Shown piece by piece: positions 9,674-19,299 of a DNA stretch of 64,000 nucleotides. Position 1 is the stretch's first letter. Each line of letters opens with the position of its first letter. The notes beneath the pieces are model-generated. The model did no database searches. It saw nothing but the letters and a program-made list of their open reading frames with translations, and was not told the DNA's origin. Source of the DNA: Candidatus Omnitrophota bacterium (GTDB taxonomy: Bacteria; Omnitrophota; Gorgyraeia; JAGLLT01); assembly GCA_030632085.1 (NCBI GenBank), contig DAOVJY010000006.1, forward strand, positions 26,805 through 90,804. The letters are read 5' to 3'. The position numbers and the translations under genes are program-made.

Positions 9674-10327
9674 ATGAGGAAAGCGCTATTTTTTAGTTTA
9701 GTGCTTATAGGAGCTATGATTATAGCTGCTACAGGTGTGGCTGAAGCTAATTTGCTGGCCAATCCTGGGTTTGAGAATCCGATAGGTAATAGCGCACCGG
9801 ATTCATGGATGGGTTTACGTGCTGATCCTATGCAGACCTATCCTATAATGACTAATTCAACAGCAGAAGCTTATTCTGGAAACCAGTCTGGTATGATTCA
9901 ATTAGGAGCAACTACCAATGTGTGGGCTGGTTATGGCCAGGTTTGTTCATTGGCAGCCGGAGATATAGTAGACGCTAACGTTTGGGTAAAAGGTGTTAGC
10001 GCAACTCAGGCAGCCGCCAGATTAAAGCTTGAATTCCGGAGGTGGGATACTATCCAAGGAAAGATGGTTACCATTAATACATCAAGAACCGAGCCAGCGA
10101 TTAATCCTACAGCTTGGACGCAACTCACACTATCGAATGTTACAGCACCAGCTTTAACGGAAGAGGTATTAGTCAACTTATTAGTAGAAAATTCTACGAC
10201 ACCTGGTGGAGCTTTTTACTTTGATGATGCTGGCTTAGACGTCGTTCCGGAACCTACCAGTTTATTGCTTTTAGGTAGTGGATTGGTTGGTTTGTTTGGA
10301 ATTAGCAGAAAAAAGAAACGTGCATAA
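9674..10327 (+). CDS. PEP-CTERM sorting-domain surface protein with carbohydrate-binding-like domain
   Basis: Signal peptide, NLLANPGFE...YFDD, C-terminal VPEPTSLLLLGSGLVGLFGISRKKKRA; AGGAGG RBS before ATG 9674. Confidence 0.92.
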   Translation: MRKALFFSLVLIGAMIIAATGVAEANLLANPGFENPIGNSAPDSWMGLRADPMQTYPIMTNSTAEAYSGNQSGMIQLGATTNVWAGYGQVCSLAAGDIVDANVWVKGVSATQAAARLKLEFRRWDTIQGKMVTINTSRTEPAINPTAWTQLTLSNVTAPALTEEVLVNLLVENSTTPGGAFYFDDAGLDVVPEPTSLLLLGSGLVGLFGISRKKKRA

Positions 10328-10364
10328 AAACTAATATAATTTATTAGTTGTTTTTAAGATGATA

Positions 10365-10440
10365 GCCCCTACGGTAAGAGTTGAATTTTCATTTAATCAA
10401 AGTGCAATTCACGTGCTTGCCATAGGGGTTTGTTGTTTTT
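10365..10440 (+). terminator. Long hairpin with T-rich tail, probable terminator
   Basis: gcccctacggtaag pairs with cttgccataggggt; inner tgaatt/aattca; followed by ttgttgttttt. Confidence 0.6.
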
Positions 10441-10497
10441 AACGGAATTTGAAAACCTTATATATTGTGTTAAAAGGCCTTAAATACATACTACATC

Positions 10498-10527
10498 TTG
10501 ACAAAAGCCCTTTATATAATGTATAGT
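10498..10527 (+). promoter_or_regulatory. Probable promoter of the EPS operon
   Basis: TTGACA-18 nt-TATAGT. Confidence 0.55.
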
Positions 10528-10615
10528 ATAAATAAGATTTAAAAAGCTTTATATCCTTTGGGGTTTAGTTATATTACCTCCCCAAGGAAGAGGAAGGTTT
10601 TTTGCGGTTTTTATT

Positions 10616-12622
10616 ATGGACAATAGAAAAGTATTAATAATTGATGAAAGCTCAGGCATTGCTGAAAAATTAACTCCTTTATTGCAGGAGCAGAAATGCC
10701 AAGTTGCTTTAGCTAACGGCGGCTTAGCCGGAATTAGGAAGATTTACGAAGAAAAACCCGATATAATCTTCTTATATGCTTCAATAAACGAGCTTTCCAC
10801 ATATCAAATTTGCAGCCTTCTTAAAAATAATTGTGATTTTAGGGATATACCTTTGGTCTTAATCGGCAGCAATAAAAACGATACGTTAAATCTTTTTAAG
10901 ATTAGAGAAGGTATTGCTGATTACATAGATGCTTCCCAGGATTTAGATCGTATTAACCAGCAGATTAAAGGTATTATTAATAAATACAGTCAGAGTTTTG
11001 TAATTTCAAAGAGTTTCCGCTTAATTGAAGAGCTGAGCAGTAATGTTAAAAGTCTTCCGCGTTTCAAAGAAGCAAACGATATTGATATAGATGATTTTAA
11101 ACCGGTTTTAAATGAAATTGTGCATCAATTTACAGCCGTACTTGAATCCGAAGTGGGTTCTTTTATGGTTTTAGATGAATCTCAAGGATATTTAACTATT
11201 AAAGGCGCCACAGGCTTAAGCGAAGAAATAGTATCCAAGGCGCAGGTTAAACTTGGAGAAGGTATATCAGGCTGGGTGGCAAGCCGCAATCGCCCCGTTC
11301 TGGTAACCGATATAGAGCAAGATAACAGGTTTTCACGCCTTAACCATAATCGCTATTATACAAAATCGCTTTTAAGCGCCCCCCTTAAATTAGGTAAAGT
11401 AAAGGGTGTTATTAATATAAACAATAAGAGCAATAAAGAGCCCTACAACGAAAAAGATTTAACCCTTTTAAGTATGTTGGTTAATCATTTGAATTCCACA
11501 ACTGAAAATTCAAAACTTTTTGACGAAATTGAAGGCGGCAGAAAAAAATTAAAGAAGTTGGAAACCGATAAAAAGATATTAGTTGAAATTAATACATTAC
11601 TTGATAAAGAGTTGCAGGATATTAGGGTTTCATACGAAATAAATAGAATATTAAATTCAGATTTAGATTACGCGCAAACTATAAACGCGGTTATTGAACT
11701 TATTGAAAGCAGTGTTGATTATCATTTCTGCGGGCTTTTAATATTAGATAACAAACAAGAAGCCGAACTTATGGTTAGCATAAAGTATCCGGCGTCTGAA
11801 TCCGATTTAGCGGCCTTTAAAGCTAAAACCATTGATACTTATTACCAGTTGTCCGGATATAACATCCTTCTTGAGAAGATAGCCCTTAACCGTACTGACG
11901 GGCCGGCGATATTAGTTTCAAAAGATAAGAAGAATAAAAATGTTATTAATAGTTTTCATGCTATTCCGTTGAATATGAAAAACAAGAGTATAGGCCTTTT
12001 AGCGGTTAGTCATTCAAGGCCTGAAGCATTCGGTGAGGATGAATTAAAATTGTTATCTAATATCGCGGAGCATTCAATTTTAGCCATTAATAACGCCGCA
12101 TTACATAACAGAATTAAAAAACTTTCTATTACCGATGGATTAACGGGATTATATGCCTACAGGTACTTTCATGATAAACTTGAAGAAGAGCTTCGGAGAG
12201 CTCAAAGATATCAGGAGCAGCTTTCGGTAATTATAGTGGATATTGACGGATTTAAAAAAATCAATGATACTCATGGGCATTTAGCGGGAGATATGGTTTT
12301 AAAAGAAGTATCTCAGATATTACGCAATGTCTGTCGTGAGGTTGATATTATAGCCAGATATGGCGGTGATGAATTTGTTCTTATTTTGCCGCAAACAGAG
12401 AGGGAAGGTTCTTTTTATTTAGCGGAGAGAGCTAGAAAAACCGTTAAAAACTACGATTTCCAATCACCGGGGCATGAGCCGATTAAGTTAACTGTCAGTT
12501 GCGGCGTCGCTTCTCTTATACCAGACATAAAAGACAAAGAAACTTTAATTAAAAAAGCCGACGATGCTTTATATCGCGCGAAAAATGAAGGTAAAAACAA
12601 AACCGCTTTAAACCAAATATAA
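10616..12622 (+). CDS. Diguanylate cyclase (degenerate REC-GAF-GAF-GGDEF)
   Basis: TDGLTGL, DIDGFKKINDTHGH, REVD I-site, ARYGGDEF; receiver Asp position reads IIFLY. Confidence 0.93.
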   Translation: MDNRKVLIIDESSGIAEKLTPLLQEQKCQVALANGGLAGIRKIYEEKPDIIFLYASINELSTYQICSLLKNNCDFRDIPLVLIGSNKNDTLNLFKIREGIADYIDASQDLDRINQQIKGIINKYSQSFVISKSFRLIEELSSNVKSLPRFKEANDIDIDDFKPVLNEIVHQFTAVLESEVGSFMVLDESQGYLTIKGATGLSEEIVSKAQVKLGEGISGWVASRNRPVLVTDIEQDNRFSRLNHNRYYTKSLLSAPLKLGKVKGVININNKSNKEPYNEKDLTLLSMLVNHLNSTTENSKLFDEIEGGRKKLKKLETDKKILVEINTLLDKELQDIRVSYEINRILNSDLDYAQTINAVIELIESSVDYHFCGLLILDNKQEAELMVSIKYPASESDLAAFKAKTIDTYYQLSGYNILLEKIALNRTDGPAILVSKDKKNKNVINSFHAIPLNMKNKSIGLLAVSHSRPEAFGEDELKLLSNIAEHSILAINNAALHNRIKKLSITDGLTGLYAYRYFHDKLEEELRRAQRYQEQLSVIIVDIDGFKKINDTHGHLAGDMVLKEVSQILRNVCREVDIIARYGGDEFVLILPQTEREGSFYLAERARKTVKNYDFQSPGHEPIKLTVSCGVASLIPDIKDKETLIKKADDALYRAKNEGKNKTALNQI

Positions 12623-12626
12623 AAAT

Positions 12627-14153
12627 ATGAAAAAAAATAAAGTAACGTTTATCATTGTAGTTTTGACATTAATATTTATAAACAGTAATCTTGGCAGCGC
12701 TTATCAGGGCCTTGTTTCAGTGAGTGCTGAGAATGAAGAGCTCACTAATGTTTTATATAAGTTAGCCGAGGATTATGATTTAAATATTGTAATCAGTAAA
12801 AGTATAACCGGTAATGTAACGGTAAAATTAAGCGATGTTACGCTTGAAGATGCCCTAACAGCCATTCTACAGCCTAATAATTACGCTTATTCAATTGAAG
12901 CTAATGTGGTAAGTGTTTACAGCTATGCCGAGTTTCAGCAGATAGAGCGCTTCAGCCCTTTAATTACCAGGGTGTTTACATTACAGAACATAGATGTTTC
13001 ATCTTTAAGACGAACTTTCCACTCAATGAAATCGACTCGCGGTAAGATGGAGCTTAATCTAAAAGGAAATCAGGTTATCATAACCGACACACCCGATAAA
13101 ATAAAGCAGTTTGAAAAAGTTCTAAAAGAATTGGATACAAAAAGAGAGCTCAAGAAATATAAACTGAGATACGCTAATGCCTCAGAAGTAATTGATAAAA
13201 TAGTTCAACTTATCCCTGAAGACAGAGGGGATGTGTTCTTAGATGAAAGAACCAATAGTGTTGTTGTCAGGGCGGCGGCACCTTTATTGCAGAATATCGA
13301 TGAATTAATAAAGGGTTGGGATGTTCAACCTAAGCAAGTTTTGATTATAGCCAAAATACTGGAAGTTACTCTTGATAAGAATCAGAAGTTTGGTATTGAT
13401 TGGGAGTATAAATCGCCTGATACAGCTAAAAAAGGGGATCCGGCACAAATTGATTTAAAAGGCGCTTTTCCGGTTAATTTAACTGATGGAGGTATTTTCC
13501 AGATAGGCACCTTAAATTCAGATGATTATCAGATAACTTTAGAAATGTTAGAAAGTCATACTGATACTGAAGTTTTATCAAGCCCCAGAGTTGTGGTCAT
13601 TGATGATCATGAAGCTAATATATTAGTCGGTAGCGAGGAACCGTATATTACAACTTCAACCGACCCTGATACAGGCTGGGTTTATGAAGAAACCAAATTT
13701 AAATCTGTAGGCCTGAAGCTCGTTGTTACTCCTAAGATAGATGAAGACAACTATATAACTATGAAGATTCATCCGGAAGTAAGCAGTGCCAGGCGTGTGC
13801 CGGAAGTTGATAATGCTTTAGCTATTGATACAACACAAGCTGATACAACCATGATGGTAAAAGATGGTGAGACTATCGTTTTAGGCGGCTTGATGAAAGA
13901 CATTAAGTCAAACACCGAAAAGAAGATACCTATTTTAGGTGATATACCTATTTTAGGTTGGTTATTTAGAAGTACGGAAAAGGAAATTAAGAAAACAGAA
14001 ATTATAGTATTTATAACTCCTCACATTCTTACAAGTGAAAACAGAGAAGATATGAGTCGCAAAGAAATAGAAGGGGTTATGGAAAGATCTCAGACTACCT
14101 TCAATTTAATATGTGAAGAGGTTGATTTTGAACAAGAAGAACCGATATTCTAG
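12627..14153 (+). CDS. Secretin (GspD/PilQ family)
   Basis: Signal peptide, DERTNSVVV, AKILEV, VKDGETIVLGGL, KIPILGDIPILGWLF, IFITPHI. Confidence 0.92.
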   Translation: MKKNKVTFIIVVLTLIFINSNLGSAYQGLVSVSAENEELTNVLYKLAEDYDLNIVISKSITGNVTVKLSDVTLEDALTAILQPNNYAYSIEANVVSVYSYAEFQQIERFSPLITRVFTLQNIDVSSLRRTFHSMKSTRGKMELNLKGNQVIITDTPDKIKQFEKVLKELDTKRELKKYKLRYANASEVIDKIVQLIPEDRGDVFLDERTNSVVVRAAAPLLQNIDELIKGWDVQPKQVLIIAKILEVTLDKNQKFGIDWEYKSPDTAKKGDPAQIDLKGAFPVNLTDGGIFQIGTLNSDDYQITLEMLESHTDTEVLSSPRVVVIDDHEANILVGSEEPYITTSTDPDTGWVYEETKFKSVGLKLVVTPKIDEDNYITMKIHPEVSSARRVPEVDNALAIDTTQADTTMMVKDGETIVLGGLMKDIKSNTEKKIPILGDIPILGWLFRSTEKEIKKTEIIVFITPHILTSENREDMSRKEIEGVMERSQTTFNLICEEVDFEQEEPIF

Positions 14154-14155
14154 TT

Positions 14156-15760
14156 ATGCCAAAAACAAATTCCAAAAAACAAGTTACTCTCAAGGATTAT
14201 TTTTTAATAATCTTCTTACGTAAGAGATTATTTCTTTTACCATTTCTTATTATTTTTTTTACCGCCTCTATAGGCAGTTTTTTTCTTCCTAAGTATTACC
14301 TTTCGTCTGTATTGATAAAAGTAGAAGAACAAAGGCCTATTAATCCTTTGGTAACTGATATGCGTATTTTTTCAACAGAAAAAGAACCAACGCTGGCGGA
14401 AAAAATAAAAACGCTTAGCGAGGAAATTTTAAATTACGAGCGATTATACCTTCTAATTAGAGAGTTAAAGCTCTATGAAGGCGGGGCTCAAGATTTATCT
14501 TCTTTTGAATCGCTCATAATGAATCTTCGCAAGAGAATAAAAATTAAAATGAAATCCCCTGAAATTTTTGCCGTAACTTATGAAGATGAAAATCCTAAAA
14601 TAGCAAAAGAAGTTGTTAATACACTTATGAGTATTTTTATTGAAGCTAGTAAGGAGCAAAAGAAGAAAGAAGCTCGCGTTGGAGTTGAGTTTGCAAGCGC
14701 GGAAGCAAAAATATATAAGGAGAGGCTTGAAGAAGCGGAAAAGCGCTTTGAAGCCTATCGCAAAGAACATACGCTTGAATTACCGGGGATTGAAATGGAC
14801 ATGAATGTTCAGATGCTTGTTAATTTCCAGACACAATTAGCAGGTGTCAAGATGGATATTCTCAATATTCAGGAAGAGATTGATAAAATAAATAGACAGA
14901 TATCAGGCGAAGAGCCGGTTATTATTTCACAGGATTTATTAGATTTAAATCCTATTGTTTTAGATTTAAACGATCAATTGTACCAGCTTCAGAGCCAATT
15001 AGAAAATTTATTAATAGTAGACCCTGATTCTGAGGATGTTTATGAGATTCAAAGAGCTATTGAGGATGCCAGGGAGAAGTTGCAACTGGAAATTCAAAAA
15101 CATGTTAATGCTGAAACTCTAAATGATAATCCTTTATTTTATCAAAGATTAGTTCAAAAATTAAGAGATGTGGAACAAACTAAACGGAGACTAAAGGACA
15201 GAGAATCCGAATTAACGCAATTGGTTAATAAATATGAAACTCGAATATCCTCGCTGCCGGAACAGGAAGCTAAGTATAGCCGTTTGAGACGAGATGTAGA
15301 GTTAAATGAACAAATTTATAGAATGCTCAAATTAAAAGAGGAAGAAAATCGTTTGACAGCGGTGGAATTAGAAAGAAGGGGAATTAACTATGAATTGCTG
15401 GAAAAAGGAAGATTGCCTCTTAAGTCAGCCAAGCCGCAAAAGTTGATATTAAGCATTGTAGCAATTTTTTTAGGAATGCTAAGTGGTTTAGGTTGTGTGT
15501 TTATCGCGGAGTTTGTTGATAGGTCTTTTAAGAACGCGCAGGATGCCATGGAGTATCTTGATATGCCTTATCTTGGCTCTGTTAATAAGATAACTACCGA
15601 AAGAGAAATATCCAGGATAAGACGAAATAAAAGAATAATTACTTGCATGATAATAACCGGGTTTATGGGATTAATAGTTGCCGGGATTATATCAACTGTA
15701 AGTGAAAATCTTAAAGTTAAAGAGGAAATTGCCAGACAGGAGCAGGCTTTAAATGAGTGA
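14156..15760 (+). CDS. Polysaccharide chain-length determinant (Wzc/GumC-type co-polymerase)
   Basis: N-terminal TM + LPKYY, long coiled coil, PLKSAKP-TM, DRSFKN..LDMPYLGSV. Confidence 0.88.
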   Translation: MPKTNSKKQVTLKDYFLIIFLRKRLFLLPFLIIFFTASIGSFFLPKYYLSSVLIKVEEQRPINPLVTDMRIFSTEKEPTLAEKIKTLSEEILNYERLYLLIRELKLYEGGAQDLSSFESLIMNLRKRIKIKMKSPEIFAVTYEDENPKIAKEVVNTLMSIFIEASKEQKKKEARVGVEFASAEAKIYKERLEEAEKRFEAYRKEHTLELPGIEMDMNVQMLVNFQTQLAGVKMDILNIQEEIDKINRQISGEEPVIISQDLLDLNPIVLDLNDQLYQLQSQLENLLIVDPDSEDVYEIQRAIEDAREKLQLEIQKHVNAETLNDNPLFYQRLVQKLRDVEQTKRRLKDRESELTQLVNKYETRISSLPEQEAKYSRLRRDVELNEQIYRMLKLKEEENRLTAVELERRGINYELLEKGRLPLKSAKPQKLILSIVAIFLGMLSGLGCVFIAEFVDRSFKNAQDAMEYLDMPYLGSVNKITTEREISRIRRNKRIITCMIITGFMGLIVAGIISTVSENLKVKEEIARQEQALNE

Positions 15761-16526
15761 TAATATAGAACATTTAAAAAACGCGGCTGACAATAAGATC
15801 AAAAGTATCGCTAAAGATGAAGTTTTACCCGCGTATGTTGCCAGAGAGCTTGATAATTCCGGAATAGATGTCAGGATTATGTCTTATCATGATCTCAAAT
15901 CTTCCGCATGCGAAAACTATAGGGCTATATTTACTCATCTAAAGAATAATTTAGACAAGGATAATTTTAATTTAATCGCGGTAACCAGTTCGCAGCAATA
16001 TGAAGGTAATACTATCGCCCTACTTAATTTGGCTGTAGTAATAGCCCGAGATTTTAATAAAAAAGTATTAGTTGTTGATGCTAACCTAAGAAAAGCTTCA
16101 ATTGATGAACTAATGAACCTTAAGTCAAATGGCGGCTTAGCAGATATTCTCGCCTCTGATTTAGATTATAAAAGATTAATACACCAAACTCCCATTTCGA
16201 ATTTATCAGTAATTACCGCCGGCAAAGAAGCTCATAATTCTGTGGAGCTTCTGCATTCTTCCAGGTTGAAGGATTTTTTAGAAAAAACTAAAGCGGAATT
16301 TGATTATGTTCTTTGTGATACCGCGGCACTCATTCCTTACGCGGATACAAAAATATTAAGTCCTTTGGTTGACGGTGTTATTCTTACTATAATAGCAAGG
16401 AAAACCAGAAAAGAAGTTGTTGATAGAGCTGAAGAAATCTTAAAGGAACTTCATTGTCGACTTTTTGGTTTTATCCTGACAGACATAGAATATCATATTC
16501 CCGAATTTCTATATAAGTATTTGTAA
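15753..16526 (+). CDS. CpsD/CapB-family tyrosine-kinase-like protein, degenerate Walker A
   Basis: ENYRAI, VTSSQQYEGNT, VLVVDANLRK, FDYVLCDT. Confidence 0.85.
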   Translation: MSDNIEHLKNAADNKIKSIAKDEVLPAYVARELDNSGIDVRIMSYHDLKSSACENYRAIFTHLKNNLDKDNFNLIAVTSSQQYEGNTIALLNLAVVIARDFNKKVLVVDANLRKASIDELMNLKSNGGLADILASDLDYKRLIHQTPISNLSVITAGKEAHNSVELLHSSRLKDFLEKTKAEFDYVLCDTAALIPYADTKILSPLVDGVILTIIARKTRKEVVDRAEEILKELHCRLFGFILTDIEYHIPEFLYKYL

Positions 16527-16603
16527 TAATTATACTTAAAGGGGGAAATAAAAAACCAATGTTCGTATTTTAAAGAATTTTGGTTTTTTTTAAAGGTGAT
16601 TAA

Positions 16604-18043
16604 ATGGGAACCATCAGACGTATAGCTAAAAATACCGCGGTATTAACAAGCTCAGAAGTAATCAATAAAGTTCTTTCTTTATTTCTATATATTGCTATCG
16701 CGAACTATTTAAAAGATTCCGGCTATGGTAAATTTTCTTTTATTATAACTGTTCTTGGTTTTTTTCAGGTTATCGCGAATTTTGGCCTTGATAAACTAAC
16801 CATAAGAGAAGTTTCGAAGTTTAAAGAAAAAACTCACGAATATGTTGCATCTATGTTGAGATTTAAGTTTTTTTTAGCCCTCCTGACATATTTGATTTTA
16901 GTTATTTTTATTAATTTAACGGGTAAAGGCCCCGAGGTAATTTATGGTGTATATCTAATGGGCTTTTCTATACTGTTTATTGGCCTTTCTAATACATATA
17001 TGGCAATATTTAACGCGCATGAAAAATTAGAAATTAACGCGATTCTACTTGTTTTCATAAAGCTCATCATAGTAGGTTTAACATTCTTAGGAATATATTT
17101 AAAAGTTGGCCTTTTGTATATCTTGTCTTTTTTTGTTATTGGAGAGGCCATAAGAACAATAATTTTTCATTTTCTTTATAAGAAGCACTTTAAGATTTCA
17201 AAGGTGCTTAAAAGCGGCATATTGTCTAAAAAAACTCTCATAACAGCGGCACCTTTCGCGGCGATAGGATTTGCCTCTTTGATTTATAACCATATAGATA
17301 TTGTAATGCTTTCTTTGATGAAAGGTGATAAACCGGTTGGTTGGTATAGTGCCGCTTATACTTTAATACTCGGCCTCATGTTTATTCCACGTTGCTACAT
17401 GCTATCCATTTTTCCAGTATTATCACGTTATGCCAGGGACTCCAACAAGATGCTAAATTTTGCCTGGCAGAAATCAATTAAAATTTTGCTGGCTATTTCT
17501 TTACCGGTTTCCGTTGGAGTATATTTTCTTTCAGCAAGATTTATTAATTTGTTTTATTCATCAGGTAGTTATACACGTTCATCTTTAGCTTTGCAGATTT
17601 TAATGCTCGCTATGCCCTGGATTTTTATTAACGCGATTAATATATACCTGCTTTACGCGGCCAATAAACAGAAAGAAGCCACATTGATTGTTTTAGTGAG
17701 TACAGTCATTAACATTGGATTAAACTTTATTCTGATACCAAAATATAGTTATATAGGTGCCGCATGGACTACTGTAGCAGCGGAAATAATTAACGTCTGT
17801 CTTTTCTTCTGGCTCATTTCATATCTATTGAAATTTCGTTATAAAGACATTAAATCTATATTAAAAGTGATTGTTAGTTCCGCGATTCTGGGATTATTCA
17901 TTTATAAGTTTATTTTACTGCCTTTAATAGTAATTATTGTTTTAAGTGCAGCGATTTATGCGATATTACTTCTTTTAACGCGTTACTTTGATGAAGAAGA
18001 GTATGAAATTATTCGAGAAGTTTTTTCAAGAGGGGTAAAATGA
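16604..18043 (+). CDS. Wzx flippase
   Basis: RIAKNT start, YGKFSF, YNHIDIVMLS, VGWYSAAY, LIPKYSYIGAAW; multi-TM. Confidence 0.92.
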   Translation: MGTIRRIAKNTAVLTSSEVINKVLSLFLYIAIANYLKDSGYGKFSFIITVLGFFQVIANFGLDKLTIREVSKFKEKTHEYVASMLRFKFFLALLTYLILVIFINLTGKGPEVIYGVYLMGFSILFIGLSNTYMAIFNAHEKLEINAILLVFIKLIIVGLTFLGIYLKVGLLYILSFFVIGEAIRTIIFHFLYKKHFKISKVLKSGILSKKTLITAAPFAAIGFASLIYNHIDIVMLSLMKGDKPVGWYSAAYTLILGLMFIPRCYMLSIFPVLSRYARDSNKMLNFAWQKSIKILLAISLPVSVGVYFLSARFINLFYSSGSYTRSSLALQILMLAMPWIFINAINIYLLYAANKQKEATLIVLVSTVINIGLNFILIPKYSYIGAAWTTVAAEIINVCLFFWLISYLLKFRYKDIKSILKVIVSSAILGLFIYKFILLPLIVIIVLSAAIYAILLLLTRYFDEEEYEIIREVFSRGVK

Positions 18044-18129
18044 CAGAAAAAGAAACTAGAATAAATGTTATAGATTGTCCGTTCTGCGATAAAATAGAAT
18101 GGTTTTCTGATAATTGTAGAAGCTTTTAA
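18040..18129 (+). pseudogene. 29-codon coupled ORF, possible remnant of a WecG/TagA-type glycosyltransferase N-terminus
   Basis: ATGA overlap with flippase stop, AGGGG RBS; MTEKETRINVIDCPFCDKIEWFSDNCRSF*. Confidence 0.3.
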
Positions 18130-18189
18130 GTACGTTTATATAATATAAAAAATTAGCTAGTTGTAGTTTTATATTTTGGAGAAAGAATA

Positions 18190-19299
18190 ATGAAAATAAT
18201 AAATGTTGTAGGTGCTAGGCCTAATTTTATGAAAATAGCTCCTATTATAGATGAGATGCGGCAACATTCTAATCTTAACTCCATTCTTGTTCATACAGGA
18301 CAGCATTATAATAAGGAGATGTCCAAGTTATTTTTTGATGATTTAAAACTGCCTTCTCCTGATGTATATTTGGGAGTGGGGTCTGCTTCGCATGCTGAAC
18401 AAACCGCTAAGATTATGGTAGAATTTGAACAGGTCTTGCTTAAAGAAAAACCCGATTTAATAATTGTGGTAGGTGATGTTAATTCTACCATTGCCTGCGC
18501 GTTAACGGCAGTAAAGCTATTTATACCCATTGCCCATATAGAGGCAGGGCTAAGAAGCTTTGATAGAACTATGCCCGAAGAAATAAATAGAATTTTAACC
18601 GATGCCATTTCAGATTATTTATTTACTACTTGCCATGACGCGAATGATAATTTGCTAAAAGAAGGAATTTCAAAAAAGAAAATACATTTTGTTGGCAATG
18701 TGATGATAGATGCTTTGCTTAAACACATAGATAAAGCTTCACAGTCTAACATACTGGATAAATTGGACTTAATTCCCAAAAGCTATGCCGCTTTAACCTT
18801 GCATAGGCCAAGTAATGTAGATGATAAAAAAGTTTTTGTTGAAATTTTAACTGCCATAGAGGAAATCCAAAAAAAAATTAAAGTTATTTTTCCTATTCAT
18901 CCGCGGACAAAGAAAAAAATTGCTGAGTTTAAGTTGGAAAATAGAATTAAAAAAATGAAGAATTTCAAAATAATTGAAGCAATGGGATATCTTGATTTCT
19001 TAAAATTAATGTCTGATTCAAAGTTTGTTTTAACGGATTCCGGGGGTGTTCAGGAAGAGACGACTATATTAAAGATTCCTTGCATCACTCTTCGCGAAAC
19101 CACAGAAAGGCCTATAACAGTAACAGAAGGCACTAATATAATAGTCGGAAGTAATAAAGAAAAAATTATTAAAGAGAGCTTAAAAATAGTTAAAGGGATA
19201 GAGAAAAAAGGCAAAATTCCTAAATTTTGGGACGGTGGGGCGGCAGAGAGGATAGTGAAAATAATTCTAAGTATATCAAAAAGTAGAAAGAAAAAATGA
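18190..19299 (+). CDS. wecB: UDP-N-acetylglucosamine 2-epimerase (non-hydrolysing)
   Basis: VGARPNFMKIAP, HTGQHY, HIEAGLRSFD, TDSGGVQEE. Confidence 0.96.
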   Translation: MKIINVVGARPNFMKIAPIIDEMRQHSNLNSILVHTGQHYNKEMSKLFFDDLKLPSPDVYLGVGSASHAEQTAKIMVEFEQVLLKEKPDLIIVVGDVNSTIACALTAVKLFIPIAHIEAGLRSFDRTMPEEINRILTDAISDYLFTTCHDANDNLLKEGISKKKIHFVGNVMIDALLKHIDKASQSNILDKLDLIPKSYAALTLHRPSNVDDKKVFVEILTAIEEIQKKIKVIFPIHPRTKKKIAEFKLENRIKKMKNFKIIEAMGYLDFLKLMSDSKFVLTDSGGVQEETTILKIPCITLRETTERPITVTEGTNIIVGSNKEKIIKESLKIVKGIEKKGKIPKFWDGGAAERIVKIILSISKSRKKK

